Below are positions 11,801-19,388 of a stretch of DNA of 64,000 bases, in pieces. The notes under the pieces were generated by a model that saw nothing but the letters and a program-made list of their open reading frames with translations, had not been told where the DNA came from and ran no database searches. Numbering within the stretch: the first letter of the stretch is position 1; every line of letters begins with the position of its first letter. The position numbers and the translations under genes are program-made. Source of the stretch: a virus; the IMG/VR virus record IMGVR_UViG_3300025276_000001, positions 50,100-114,099 of that record. The stretch is one strand, 5' to 3'.

Positions 11801-11824
11801 CTAGATAAGTTCTGGATTAAATAA
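5849..11824 (+). CDS. Giant virion cargo/ejection protein with zincin-like and PD-(D/E)xK nuclease domains
   Basis: 1991 aa, adjacent to the RNAP. EEMLHPF (6524-6538) is zincin-like; AGTADLVII...IFDLKT...QVNLY is nuclease-like; hydrophobic C-terminal helices. Confidence 0.75.
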   Translation: MAKCPNVNAAEYKALQAVYKTEIETNSIINSWQNANESDNFPTAVQAAKFVKTTKAVYALKQKQFGESVISNLVNKKLIHMFNGNYLVNVAYPGTQEYNAQAVKDNLKAIYKYLDINKIPLETIDFAATDKTFKVTMLNNVFTPKDILESTRGWDTSRSQKVVGHLKRMFPGVEVRLVSVKEAKRIHDGLPAWRKTSGSFANVNSFYYDQVAYLVKGRVTNETAIEEMLHPFIDAIKVDNESLFNNLLEEAKVNFPEMVQQITEAYNNKRNFNDLDRNLEIVTQALTRHFNNEYESQPTNSFLKLIQDALEWFKSVIENLHEYVTGNPLPVSAISKNATFTDIAKLLNTEGIRFKLEKRASAKLRYSFTPEVQSILQGARSVANGIQLEILNKMFGIAEKDSRNNDRLYANAAEPTDAGPRIVFNQKDHTYIDVNNPNGQVYASATTAIKGKLSNKEGEAIIRRDEALQALSDKGQKPNAKFTEKYKKEIANGKADDIQKEKDVKLNLDLGNDVDMIVESIVKLMNGYEGNINTELEKAMDSMAVLSRDQAREFFGAMKVAIRDFMPIDGIALSQVVVYDEATKLAGTADLVIIDRNGKIRIFDLKTSKNSIEKKISLSQSAGRRGLGSYEFSEWTLPADSRLRSESKEKIGREVTKLSTKGQHNLQVNLYRRMFENMGFSVYEGSFAASTFHVQLDIANKGEKQEYKGTWDYEGKVDHYETNISENSVYVDMLIPATVDNRNKKKLDAKLAEQPEAPYRGDQDKMAQEEIESTVEEEVAQALYPEMNTVFGALESYSTALDQAQRGDLNTKKVYSKRSKEQRLLDIAKLQAYITSGISRGPKAQSKIYTGLLSNALKDIREFTDYVTDPNNVTGDPEYIGFVLNFNRFLATYEPLYAIEGSKELNATQQQLVLNLKLEVDKLIGGTRLVSEGREGIINDAIFNYVKETVRLRSSKQFGVEGSGFTEADLIKELTIVNDIPGIDLQTRDMDTSTDTLLAVVAKIYKSQKQLLLDRIQYREKVIRTAGNKVLMLSGTNKENAYNYMQNFNEDGTRNGTYVKPIGSKFYDKQKELRAATRDADNVPYTYFNISDKNQASEEELEYNIDLANKKRAASQFGFAERVNENGQRIDGEYYSYNQEFIDARNKFEYFVSNDAYEGRWFKKQRVDSVEFNAYEARYYNITKYNQALRNPNGEATGVIMQGVDGRFVKPEYKDKNQFRLDKEGNRIEDLRSDKYKAIFDPAKTDALSIAQREFYVLYVKFFEEELLRMLPDNVRQSMLGKNPVVKSNLLDDLKNRPSIVSRMYASSVRGVKNLFQETSVQKAVLLDEVGDITNSLPIFMVGSPRKEGDMEAVEAKIIILEEKYKKNTVNRETYKSQLAVLTGELAKIRSRPLASELSGDLATSLIKFSAMAEHYEVMGQIEDTLTAIQRVVNNRQYEPSDVNTKFVGRGQNLINKAKKQVDAAVSGVEQSGSVGFKKETSGDSNTVRRLRKYMSMVYYDNELITKGAVDKIADLLIQQSSLAYVAFNPFGNFNNYLMGRINNNIEMLGGRFFSKKNFLRAGGEWNKQAITGLVERTGSGLRDLADVSTAGLAGIGKSNYDPDFANNKYEAFTQLLRMMDDSTDIRESGKDSDGKSIWERFKEWGYVMQDAAEYNVQSRVGIAMIMDTNLIDEATGETLSMYDAFNFNAKTKELDLESGKWSVLNKDGSTQEYNDAFRYDLRNKIREVNKQIHGNYAAEDRMVIQSHTLGNLAAQFHKWVAPAIRARFQTEYFDENLGWMEGRYKSWFKFLAFYFKNVVEAKGNMKELTETFLKEQDGYDGKGGQADQKGKNRLFGFYRTMGEMSIIAGVFLTNQLLAGLLEGDDDDSDTEKRIKNLTKYQGDRLYKELVLFAVVLPASMEQIFQMAKSPIATTRTMGELGQALSMTIWTPYELITKGKEGYEANSEYVYQNNPNKGQWKLGKEWKDVIPILYTIQKWKNALKLDKFWIK

Positions 11825-11924
11825 TTTAGACAAATTTACATAGAAAAATCTTCTAAGTTTAAATAAGAATGACTATATTATTGTATAAACCTACAGTAGT
11901 ATAGTCATAACTTAATACTTGTAT

Positions 11925-13139
11925 ATGAAAAAAATTATTGTCTTTTTACTTTTATCATTATTTATAACAAGTAATGTATCTGCACAAGGAAAGTTCTTTA
12001 GTGGTTTATATAAGGACTTTTTAAAATACGGTACCGTATACGGTGCTGGAGATATTTCTAATTCCATTGAAGCTGCAGAGCCCACTTACTTTGTAAGAAC
12101 AGGCCAAGACGGCAGTCTATATTCCATTCCTGTTGTGGTTGATAATACTCCTAATTATCCCTTTGATTATAGATACGGAATTGGTATTAGAAAGTTAGCT
12201 AGATTTAGTTATGAAAGAAAGCCTAAAAACTTTTATGACGGAACAGAAAATCAGCTAGCATTTTCAGCACCAACATCTGCTTTCAAAGGTTTAGAATATC
12301 AAATACATTTTGAGAAGGAGAGATGGAGAGGGGAGAATTTTACAAACCACCATTTATTTGTAAAGCACACTGGTAAATATCATATTTTTAAAGTTCAAAG
12401 TAGAGAGGTAGATAAAATCAATTTAGAATTCTTTTCAATTGAAGCTAGAGCTAGGTTACCACTTGGTGAGAAGTTTTCAATATCAGCAGGAGTTATAGCA
12501 CGTGGACACGAAAGAGCATATGGTTATAACCCAATAGAGATATGGTTAAATGAAACTACAGAATATATAAACCCAGATGGTACAACTGAGGAGTTTCCAA
12601 CTAACCCTTGGTATACTTTAGGATTCTTATATGGTTATTCTGATCACTTCACAACTTCTACTGATGCTGCTACAGGAGAAGAAACTCAAGACTGGATTTG
12701 GAAAGATGCTGATGGAAACATAGTAGCACATACTGATTTAGAGTTTAGAGAAAATATATTTACTGACTTAATGAATAGGTACAATGGAGAACAATGGGAG
12801 CTCTTAGATCCTTGGGTAGAGATTGCTCCTATTATAGGTGCTGATTTTTATCATTATAAAGGTAACTTTTGGTTACATGCATATGCTAATTATATATTAC
12901 CAATGCACAGATATATAAAAGGTGATGAAGACTTTTCATACCTAAACAGAAACAACTACGGTGCAGGAGGTTTAAATCCAGAGTCTGAATTAGAACAATG
13001 GAATGATTATTCTGCTGGACTTAGTTTTGGATTTAAAGTAAATAAAAGCTTAGGGGTTTTTGTACAGGGAGAATACTCTAAGATGTGGGATAGTGAATTA
13101 TATCAGACTACATTTGGTCTTAATTATACATTTAGATAG
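11925..13139 (+). CDS. Secreted putative outer-membrane beta-barrel protein
   Basis: Sec signal MKKIIVFLLLSLFITSNVSA|Q, many amphipathic strands, C-terminal beta-signal-like TTFGLNYTFR. ATG 11925 preferred over TTG 11919. Confidence 0.65.
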   Translation: MKKIIVFLLLSLFITSNVSAQGKFFSGLYKDFLKYGTVYGAGDISNSIEAAEPTYFVRTGQDGSLYSIPVVVDNTPNYPFDYRYGIGIRKLARFSYERKPKNFYDGTENQLAFSAPTSAFKGLEYQIHFEKERWRGENFTNHHLFVKHTGKYHIFKVQSREVDKINLEFFSIEARARLPLGEKFSISAGVIARGHERAYGYNPIEIWLNETTEYINPDGTTEEFPTNPWYTLGFLYGYSDHFTTSTDAATGEETQDWIWKDADGNIVAHTDLEFRENIFTDLMNRYNGEQWELLDPWVEIAPIIGADFYHYKGNFWLHAYANYILPMHRYIKGDEDFSYLNRNNYGAGGLNPESELEQWNDYSAGLSFGFKVNKSLGVFVQGEYSKMWDSELYQTTFGLNYTFR

Positions 13140-13141
13140 AT

Positions 13142-13855
13142 ATGAGAACGTTAATTATTTTTATGATAGTATTATTAAGTAGTTGTTCTACTTATAAAGT
13201 AAGTACAATGGGTCACGATCCAGAATACAGTCTTAATCTACCTGATAATATAACGATTGATACCCTTAACTATAGACAATTACAGTGGAAGCTTAGAACA
13301 GACTTTAACTTTAGATATGATTTTGCAGTCTATGCAATGAATCAGCCATTTAATTATAGGTTTGGTAGATACAATAGATTTGGTATGTTTAATCCTCAAT
13401 ATAGTAGCACACAGTATTGGATGAATTGGGCATTTGGAAATACTAATTTTAATATGTGGGACAACTGGGGTTACCCATATAGTAATAACTATGTATGGAA
13501 TGGATGGAGTAATGGATATGGATATAATGCATGGCACCAATTTGGTGGAATTTATGGTAGAAGAATGTCTATACAAGATAGGCGAGGTATAGCTGCTATG
13601 GGAAATTCAAGAATATCTAGAGAAACGACTGCTGTTATTCATGGTAATAACAATACTAGAGTGAGAGTAAAAAGAACTAATGTTAAACCAAAAGTAGTAA
13701 TTAGAAACAAACCTATAAAAGTATATAAGCCTATACCTTTTAGAAATAATTCAATTCCAATTAACAATACTAGAAGTAATAGAGTAGTACGTAACAACAA
13801 TAATAATAGTACAGTAATTAAAACAGTAAGTAGGAACCCTACTAAAAATCAATAA
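13142..13855 (+). CDS. Lipoprotein with W/Y/G/N-rich middle and R/N-rich basic tail
   Basis: MRTLIIFMIVLLSS|C lipobox; low-complexity composition. Confidence 0.7.
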   Translation: MRTLIIFMIVLLSSCSTYKVSTMGHDPEYSLNLPDNITIDTLNYRQLQWKLRTDFNFRYDFAVYAMNQPFNYRFGRYNRFGMFNPQYSSTQYWMNWAFGNTNFNMWDNWGYPYSNNYVWNGWSNGYGYNAWHQFGGIYGRRMSIQDRRGIAAMGNSRISRETTAVIHGNNNTRVRVKRTNVKPKVVIRNKPIKVYKPIPFRNNSIPINNTRSNRVVRNNNNNSTVIKTVSRNPTKNQ

Positions 13856-13860
13856 TAATA

Positions 13861-14145
13861 ATGGCCCAGGAGATAGGAGAAGGAACTAAAGTAACTTTAG
13901 ATCTAAAGACAATAGGAATGATAGTAGGCTTTACAGTTTCATTATCATCAATGTATTTTATACTACAAGCAGATATTGCTCAAGCAATGGTTTTACCAAA
14001 ACCAAGTATAGAAAGAGTTGAGTATGATCTGAAAGATGAACTAATTAGACAAACAATTATGGACACTCAAGAAGATGTTGATGCCATATTAGAAAAAATG
14101 GATAAAATGGAAGAGCGTATGTATGAGCTCATGAAAGGTAAATAG
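13861..14145 (+). CDS. Small single-TM coiled-coil protein
   Basis: TM segment TIGMIVGFTVSLSSMYFIL followed by a heptad-like C-terminus. Confidence 0.6.
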   Translation: MAQEIGEGTKVTLDLKTIGMIVGFTVSLSSMYFILQADIAQAMVLPKPSIERVEYDLKDELIRQTIMDTQEDVDAILEKMDKMEERMYELMKGK

Positions 14146-14147
14146 CA

Positions 14148-14564
14148 ATGAAAAAATTAATTTTTGTATTCATATTATTAGTGTGGAGTCAGTTACTTCA
14201 TGGCCAATCATGGATTGATGATACTAATTTTGGTGATACTATAGCTGATAATTCTACATTTGATGATACTAAAAGCATTATCATAATAGAGTTTTATGCA
14301 GATTTTAACAAACAAAATGCTTTCCATGAATGGGAAAAATTGGATGAAATAGATGGTGTTAAATATTTCAGATGTGATATTACAAAAGCTCCTTCTGCTA
14401 AGAAAGAGTATAGGATCAGAATGGTTCCTACAATACTAATCTTTTCAGAAGGAGAAGCTTTTATAAAATTTAAGGCCAAGGCAGGACTAGACTTACTATG
14501 TCCAGTAGACTTACCTAAAATGCTTAGAGCAATAGAAGTAGTTAAGAGAGAATCACAATTCTAA
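14148..14564 (+). CDS. Secreted thioredoxin-fold protein lacking CxxC
   Basis: Signal peptide ending G|Q; IIEFYADF, CDI and YRIRMVPTILIF thioredoxin signatures; no WCxxC. Confidence 0.7.
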   Translation: MKKLIFVFILLVWSQLLHGQSWIDDTNFGDTIADNSTFDDTKSIIIIEFYADFNKQNAFHEWEKLDEIDGVKYFRCDITKAPSAKKEYRIRMVPTILIFSEGEAFIKFKAKAGLDLLCPVDLPKMLRAIEVVKRESQF

Positions 14565-16186
14565 CCTTCACAACTAGAACACTCTAGAATATTCCTTGCA
14601 AAATCTTGAGCAGAACTTTTACTAAATTGATAGTATAAAGTTTTAACCCCTTCTTCCCAAGCGTACATATATAGTTTATTTATATCTTTAGCAGAGACGG
14701 ATGGGTCAATCATTAAGTTTAATGACTGAGACTGGTCAATATGTTTTTGTCTTTGTGCTGCTTGCAATACAATCTCTTTAGGAGATATTTCAACAAAAGA
14801 TTTAAACACTTCTTTATTAGGAAAATCTAAGTGTTGAACTGAACCATCCTTTTTAAGAATACCTTTCCAGATAGCCGGGGTGTTCAAACCATGCTTTTCT
14901 AATTGAGTTTCTAAGAAAGGATTCTTATATACTGTTTTAGACTTAGCAAGATCTTTTATAAAGTAATTAGACTTAATAGGTTCAATACCCATACTCACAG
15001 CTCCGTGAATGAACGAACTAGATTTAGTTGGAGCAATTGCCATTAGAGTTGTGTTAGCGTAACCATCCCTAATAGATCTATAACCATACTCTTTATTTAA
15101 TTCTCTTGATGCTATTTCACTTCTGTCTTTAAGTGTTCTAAATATTTCACTGTTTAAACCTTTAGCCTGTAGTGAGTCAAACTCAATAAGCTTAGATTGA
15201 AATAATGAATGGTAACCCATAACACCTAGGCCAACAGCTCTGTGATTTTTTGCAAAATTATAAGCTCTCTTCATACCGGGCATTGTTTCAGCCTTAATAA
15301 TAAACTCATCCATTACAGCATTAAGAAAATAGACATATGTTTCTACAGCATCTGTTTCTTTAATCTCATCCCAGTGTAACAGGTTGATAGATCCTAAGCA
15401 ACAAACAAAAGAATTATAACTATCTGTAGGTAATTGTATTTCAGAACATAGATTTGAAGCAGTGATATCTAATCCTAACTCTTTATAAGGAGAATTGTTA
15501 TTAGAGTTATCTTTAAACATTATGTAAGGAAAACCAAATTCACTTCTGTTTTGAATAATCTTGGCCCAAATTTTACGTTTGCTTTTGTCCCCAGCTTTCA
15601 TATCTTCCATCCACTGGTCAGTAACAGTAACACCATACTGTAGATTTTGTATTGGATTACCTTCTGTTCCAATATCTAAAAACTCTAAAATATCTGCATG
15701 CTCTACAGGTAAGTATACAGCACATGCTCCACGCCTAGCTTCAGATTGTTTACAAACATCTACTACCGTATCATATATCTTAGCATAATGAATTGGTCCA
15801 TCTGCAAATCCTCCTGTAGAAATAGGTGCACCTCTTTCTCTAATGTTTCCCAAGTAACCAGAAGTTCCACCTCCATACTTAGACATCATTCCAATTTCAC
15901 GGCCAGCATTTAATATACTGTCCAAGTTGTCATCTATATTAGATCCGTAACAACTGATAGGTAATCCTTTTGCTTTACCAAAGTTAATCCACACCGGGGT
16001 TGACAAAGAGTAATACCCTTTGGCCATATAGTGTTCAAACTTTTCTGCAAATCCTTTTATATTCAAATACTTTTCTGCCTTAATAGCAATGTCTTTGATT
16101 CTTTGTTCAGGGGTCTCTGTAATATATCCCCTTGATAAAAATGTACGGCTGTCTTCATTTAGCCAGTAGTAGTTATTATACTCCAT
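14561..16186 (-). CDS. nrdA: Ribonucleotide reductase class I alpha subunit (compact, no ATP cone)
   Basis: PISC, SNLCSEI, APTKSSS, KTLYY and C-terminal CSSC. Confidence 0.95.
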   Translation of the reverse strand: MEYNNYYWLNEDSRTFLSRGYITETPEQRIKDIAIKAEKYLNIKGFAEKFEHYMAKGYYSLSTPVWINFGKAKGLPISCYGSNIDDNLDSILNAGREIGMMSKYGGGTSGYLGNIRERGAPISTGGFADGPIHYAKIYDTVVDVCKQSEARRGACAVYLPVEHADILEFLDIGTEGNPIQNLQYGVTVTDQWMEDMKAGDKSKRKIWAKIIQNRSEFGFPYIMFKDNSNNNSPYKELGLDITASNLCSEIQLPTDSYNSFVCCLGSINLLHWDEIKETDAVETYVYFLNAVMDEFIIKAETMPGMKRAYNFAKNHRAVGLGVMGYHSLFQSKLIEFDSLQAKGLNSEIFRTLKDRSEIASRELNKEYGYRSIRDGYANTTLMAIAPTKSSSFIHGAVSMGIEPIKSNYFIKDLAKSKTVYKNPFLETQLEKHGLNTPAIWKGILKKDGSVQHLDFPNKEVFKSFVEISPKEIVLQAAQRQKHIDQSQSLNLMIDPSVSAKDINKLYMYAWEEGVKTLYYQFSKSSAQDFARNILECSSCEG

Positions 16187-16198
16187 AATTAGTTGGTT

Positions 16199-17182
16199 TT
16201 AAAATAAGTCATCTTCTGTAATGCTCTTGCTTTTCTTGTTGTAGTCTACACTCTTTTTGTAAAAGAAGTCTCCTTCTTTGGTTCCTAATATCTCTATATC
16301 AAACCACTCAGTAGATTCTAATAGTTTTAAGTCAACTTGAAAGATTGGTTTCATACCTATCTTTTCTAGTGAGTTGTTGAATCTATTCTTAATAAAATGT
16401 TGTATTGTATTTTGTGGTAAAAAGCTAAGTTCACCTTGTTCAAAGATCCAGTCTAGTATACCACACTCAGCTCTATAAGCTTTTCTACATGCAGAATAAA
16501 TTAACTCCTCAAACTCTTCATCAAACCACTCAGGGTTTTCTTTTTTAATGATATTAATAAGTTCAGCTCCAAAGTTACCATGGATATCTTCTTCTTTTGA
16601 TGTGGCTTCTACAACGTTAGATATGCCTTTAAAGACATTCTTTTCCTTATTAAAGCTCATCATAATTAAGAATTGACTAAACAAACTTACATGCTCTATA
16701 AATAAAGAAAACAATAATACAGATTTAGTATACATCTTATTGTCTTTAGAGCGTGTACCATCCAGGTACTTTTTTAAGTACTTAAGTCTACCGGCAATAG
16801 CAGGCACTTCAATAACACTTTGAAATTCTTTTTCAAGTCCAAGTATCCTAAGCAACCTGGCGTAAGCATCTTTATGTCTTACTTCTGATTCTGCAAATGT
16901 CATTCCAACATCTCCAACTTCTGTAATTGGCATTCTTTTATAAAGATCTGCCCAAAAGGTTTTTACATTAACTTCTATTTGTGCAATAGCAAGCATTGTT
17001 TTTTTAATAACATCACGTTCCTGAGAACTGATAGTTACTTTAAAATCTTGTATATCTTCTGTAAAATTAAACTCTGTGTCAATCCAATAGGAATGTCTGA
17101 TAGCATCTTTATATGCTAGGAGTTGAGGGTATTCATAAGGTAAAATATTGACTCTGGGTTTAAAAATGTTTTTTGCTTTCAT
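16199..17182 (-). CDS. nrdB: Ribonucleotide reductase class I beta subunit (class Id-like)
   Basis: QIEVNVK, ESEVRHKDAY, FIEHVSLFSQF and EEDIH metal-ligand motifs. Confidence 0.93.
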   Translation of the reverse strand: MKAKNIFKPRVNILPYEYPQLLAYKDAIRHSYWIDTEFNFTEDIQDFKVTISSQERDVIKKTMLAIAQIEVNVKTFWADLYKRMPITEVGDVGMTFAESEVRHKDAYARLLRILGLEKEFQSVIEVPAIAGRLKYLKKYLDGTRSKDNKMYTKSVLLFSLFIEHVSLFSQFLIMMSFNKEKNVFKGISNVVEATSKEEDIHGNFGAELINIIKKENPEWFDEEFEELIYSACRKAYRAECGILDWIFEQGELSFLPQNTIQHFIKNRFNNSLEKIGMKPIFQVDLKLLESTEWFDIEILGTKEGDFFYKKSVDYNKKSKSITEDDLF

Positions 17183-17207
17183 GTAGATTAAATTTGTTTG
17201 AAGATAT

Positions 17208-17239
17208 AAAAGCTGTACCTCCGGTAGGAAATACAGCCT
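17208..17239 (-). terminator. Hairpin with U-tract between the small ORF and nrdB
   Basis: Minus strand GGCTGTA-tttCCT-accgg-AGG-TACAGCT-TTT. Confidence 0.45.
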
Positions 17240-17274
17240 ATATCAATGTAAGAAAATTTTACTAGATTAAAAAA

Positions 17275-17463
17275 TTATGTAATCATATTTACATAACTAA
17301 TTGTAAAAAATATCAAACCAATTTCAACACCTAAAACTTTACGGTATTCATCATCCTCACACAGGACTTCACAATTGATTGATTTTATGCCAAATAGAGT
17401 CTCTGTTGGGAGAATTTCTATAGCTATTTTATTTTTAAAAACTAAAGGATTTACTTTTTCCAT
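17275..17463 (-). CDS. Small hypothetical beta-rich protein
   Basis: 62-aa ORF preceded by a TATATTTG promoter motif. Confidence 0.6.
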   Translation of the reverse strand: MEKVNPLVFKNKIAIEILPTETLFGIKSINCEVLCEDDEYRKVLGVEIGLIFFTISYVNMIT

Positions 17464-17499
17464 GTTTGGTTTTTTTGTATATTATTATAGTATACGATG

Positions 17500-17515
17500 C
17501 AAATATAGCAAATTT
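17500..17515 (-). promoter_or_regulatory. Bacteroidota-type -7 promoter element (AAATTTGCTATATTTG)
   Basis: Matches TAnnTTTG; the identical 16-mer occurs at 41971-41986. Confidence 0.6.
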
Positions 17516-17622
17516 ACTATTTTTAATATGTGGTTTGTTAATTTAATTGATTAAAGAATGATAAGGCAAGACTTGCTTAAGTTATTAGAAATTTGTATAT
17601 TAATAGTATAAAGTATATAATT

Positions 17623-17784
17623 ATGATTAAAAAATTCTTCTGTTTGTTATGGTGTTGTAGTCTACAAGATGTATGGCAGTACTTATGGTCTAAGACTGAG
17701 GTAGATGAAAAGGTTATTAAAGTAGTTAAGGAAACTAAATCAAGAGCTAAAGCTGTTAAAAAAGCAGTTAAAGGCAAAAAATAA
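17623..17784 (+). CDS. Small basic hypothetical protein
   Basis: MIKKFFCLLW...KKAVKGKK; ATG 17623 preferred over TTG 17593. Confidence 0.55.
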   Translation: MIKKFFCLLWCCSLQDVWQYLWSKTEVDEKVIKVVKETKSRAKAVKKAVKGKK

Positions 17785-17791
17785 AATCAAA

Positions 17792-17917
17792 ATGATGAAA
17801 AAGATATGTTTGTTTATTAGGTGGGTAACATTTGGTAAAGTGTGTTTAGGACACTGCAAATGGGATATTTGTACTAATACAGAATCTTGTAGTTGTAACG
17901 ATTGTAATTGTAAATAA
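17792..17917 (+). CDS. 41-aa Cys-rich (metallothionein-like) micro-protein, not in ORF track
   Basis: MMKKICLFIRWVTFGKVCLGHCKWDICTNTESCSCNDCNCK; fills the gap between neighbouring genes. Confidence 0.6.
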   Translation: MMKKICLFIRWVTFGKVCLGHCKWDICTNTESCSCNDCNCK

Positions 17918-17918
17918 T

Positions 17919-18062
17919 ATGGATTGGCAATTAGAGATGGCTTTTCACTGGCCACATGATAGATGTGCTTTAGGTTGGGAAACAATTGCTCCTGATCCTG
18001 AACATAATTATCATACGATCAAAGTATACTTAATTATACTCACGCTTACATTAGATATTTAA
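17919..18062 (+). CDS. 47-aa hypothetical protein, not in ORF track
   Basis: MDWQLEMAFHWPHDRCALGWE...LTLDI; tightly packed in the operon. Confidence 0.6.
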   Translation: MDWQLEMAFHWPHDRCALGWETIAPDPEHNYHTIKVYLIILTLTLDI

Positions 18063-18066
18063 TAAA

Positions 18067-18309
18067 ATGAAAAGACAAGGTTTACAACGTCCAAAGATGA
18101 CAAAACAAAAAGCCAAGCTAATGTGTAAACGGGCTGGTGGAGAACTTGATGACATCATGTATGGATCTATGGTTGAAAAAATGACCAAAGGTGGTACTGC
18201 TAAACGTAATGTATATAGTGCTGAAACCGGAAGAGAGTCTATGCAAGAATATAATCTTGGTGGCGGAACCCACAACACATATAGTGGTAAAAGAAAAAAG
18301 AAAAAATGA
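18067..18309 (+). CDS. Small basic protein with xxxGG motifs
   Basis: KRAGG, MTKGG, YNLGG; poly-Lys end; overlaps the next start codon. Confidence 0.6.
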   Translation: MKRQGLQRPKMTKQKAKLMCKRAGGELDDIMYGSMVEKMTKGGTAKRNVYSAETGRESMQEYNLGGGTHNTYSGKRKKKK

Positions 18310-19379
18310 ACATTCTAACTGACATACTAAGTTTATTCAGACGTAAGAAATTTGTAAAAGCAGCACTTCCAAATGATGTTATAGTTTTAGGCCTTAATGA
18401 AGAGCCTGATATGACTGGTGTTGCATCACCTATACCTTATAAAAGTGTTAGGTTAATCAAAGTAAAAGATTTTAAAATTGCTGCTGAACACTGTGATCAT
18501 GTTAATGTTCCAACAGTACCAGGTGCAAATACCGGTGCTGTATATCAAAAAACTGCAGTAGATAAAGAAACTGAAAAGTGTACGGTTAGTTTCCGTACAT
18601 TAAAGTCATTAAGTACTAACCTTACTATTGGTCCATCATCAGACAATGATTATGTAGAGTTTACAACTACAGGAGAACCAAACACTGCTGCAAATGTAGG
18701 ATCAGGAAAAGGTGTTTGGAAAGATAAAGTTGGGGAGACTCTTAATTTTAAGTCATTAGTAGAAGGAAGTGGTATTACGATAGCTGAAAGTTTAAATGAA
18801 ATAACTATTACATCTACAGGTGGAGGCGGTATAACATCTGTAACAAATTCAATATCCGCTGGATCTACAACACCTCTAACTGGTTCTATAGCTGGAAGTG
18901 TACTTACTTTAACGTCAAATGTGTATGGAGGTGGCACCAAAGTTGGGTATGTACCTTCCGGTTCAGCCGGAGAATCAAAGGTTTTCTTAGATGGAACAGG
19001 AACTTGGAGAGAACCATCATATACAGTATTGCCTAGTGTAGCATATAATGAATATGCCGCATTAGTTTCACAAACAGGAACAGGTGATCCTACTTTAATA
19101 GTATTAGAATCAGGTATATCAGTAGGTGGTACAACAGTAGTTATAGCAGGTACATATACTAATGTAGGAACATGTACTTTTACATTTACCCCAAACATAC
19201 CAGATGCAGATAAAGTTGTAATTGCTGTAACAGAAACACAGAAAAATGCTCCGTGTTTATTTAATGTCATTAATGTAACAACTTCTGGTTTTCAAATTAT
19301 ACAACATTTTGGTTCTGAAGTTACACAATCAAATGGTTTGTTATTTAAGACACCATTACTAATAAAATTATATAATTAA
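18306..19379 (+). CDS. Tail fibre/spike-like structural protein
   Basis: G/T/S-rich; LNFKSLVEGSGITI fibre motif; N- and C-termini resemble the 21372 protein. Confidence 0.6.
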   Translation: MNILTDILSLFRRKKFVKAALPNDVIVLGLNEEPDMTGVASPIPYKSVRLIKVKDFKIAAEHCDHVNVPTVPGANTGAVYQKTAVDKETEKCTVSFRTLKSLSTNLTIGPSSDNDYVEFTTTGEPNTAANVGSGKGVWKDKVGETLNFKSLVEGSGITIAESLNEITITSTGGGGITSVTNSISAGSTTPLTGSIAGSVLTLTSNVYGGGTKVGYVPSGSAGESKVFLDGTGTWREPSYTVLPSVAYNEYAALVSQTGTGDPTLIVLESGISVGGTTVVIAGTYTNVGTCTFTFTPNIPDADKVVIAVTETQKNAPCLFNVINVTTSGFQIIQHFGSEVTQSNGLLFKTPLLIKLYN

Positions 19380-19388
19380 AACAAAGTT

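Noticed and set aside
13142-14145. Lipoprotein plus TM coiled-coil as a spanin pair
   Set aside because: Gene order is reversed, the lipoprotein is long and aromatic/Arg-rich, and no lysis genes are adjacent. Not fully excluded.
14148-14564. Thioredoxin as the reductant for the adjacent RNR
   Set aside because: It has an export signal, lacks CxxC and is on the opposite strand in another operon.
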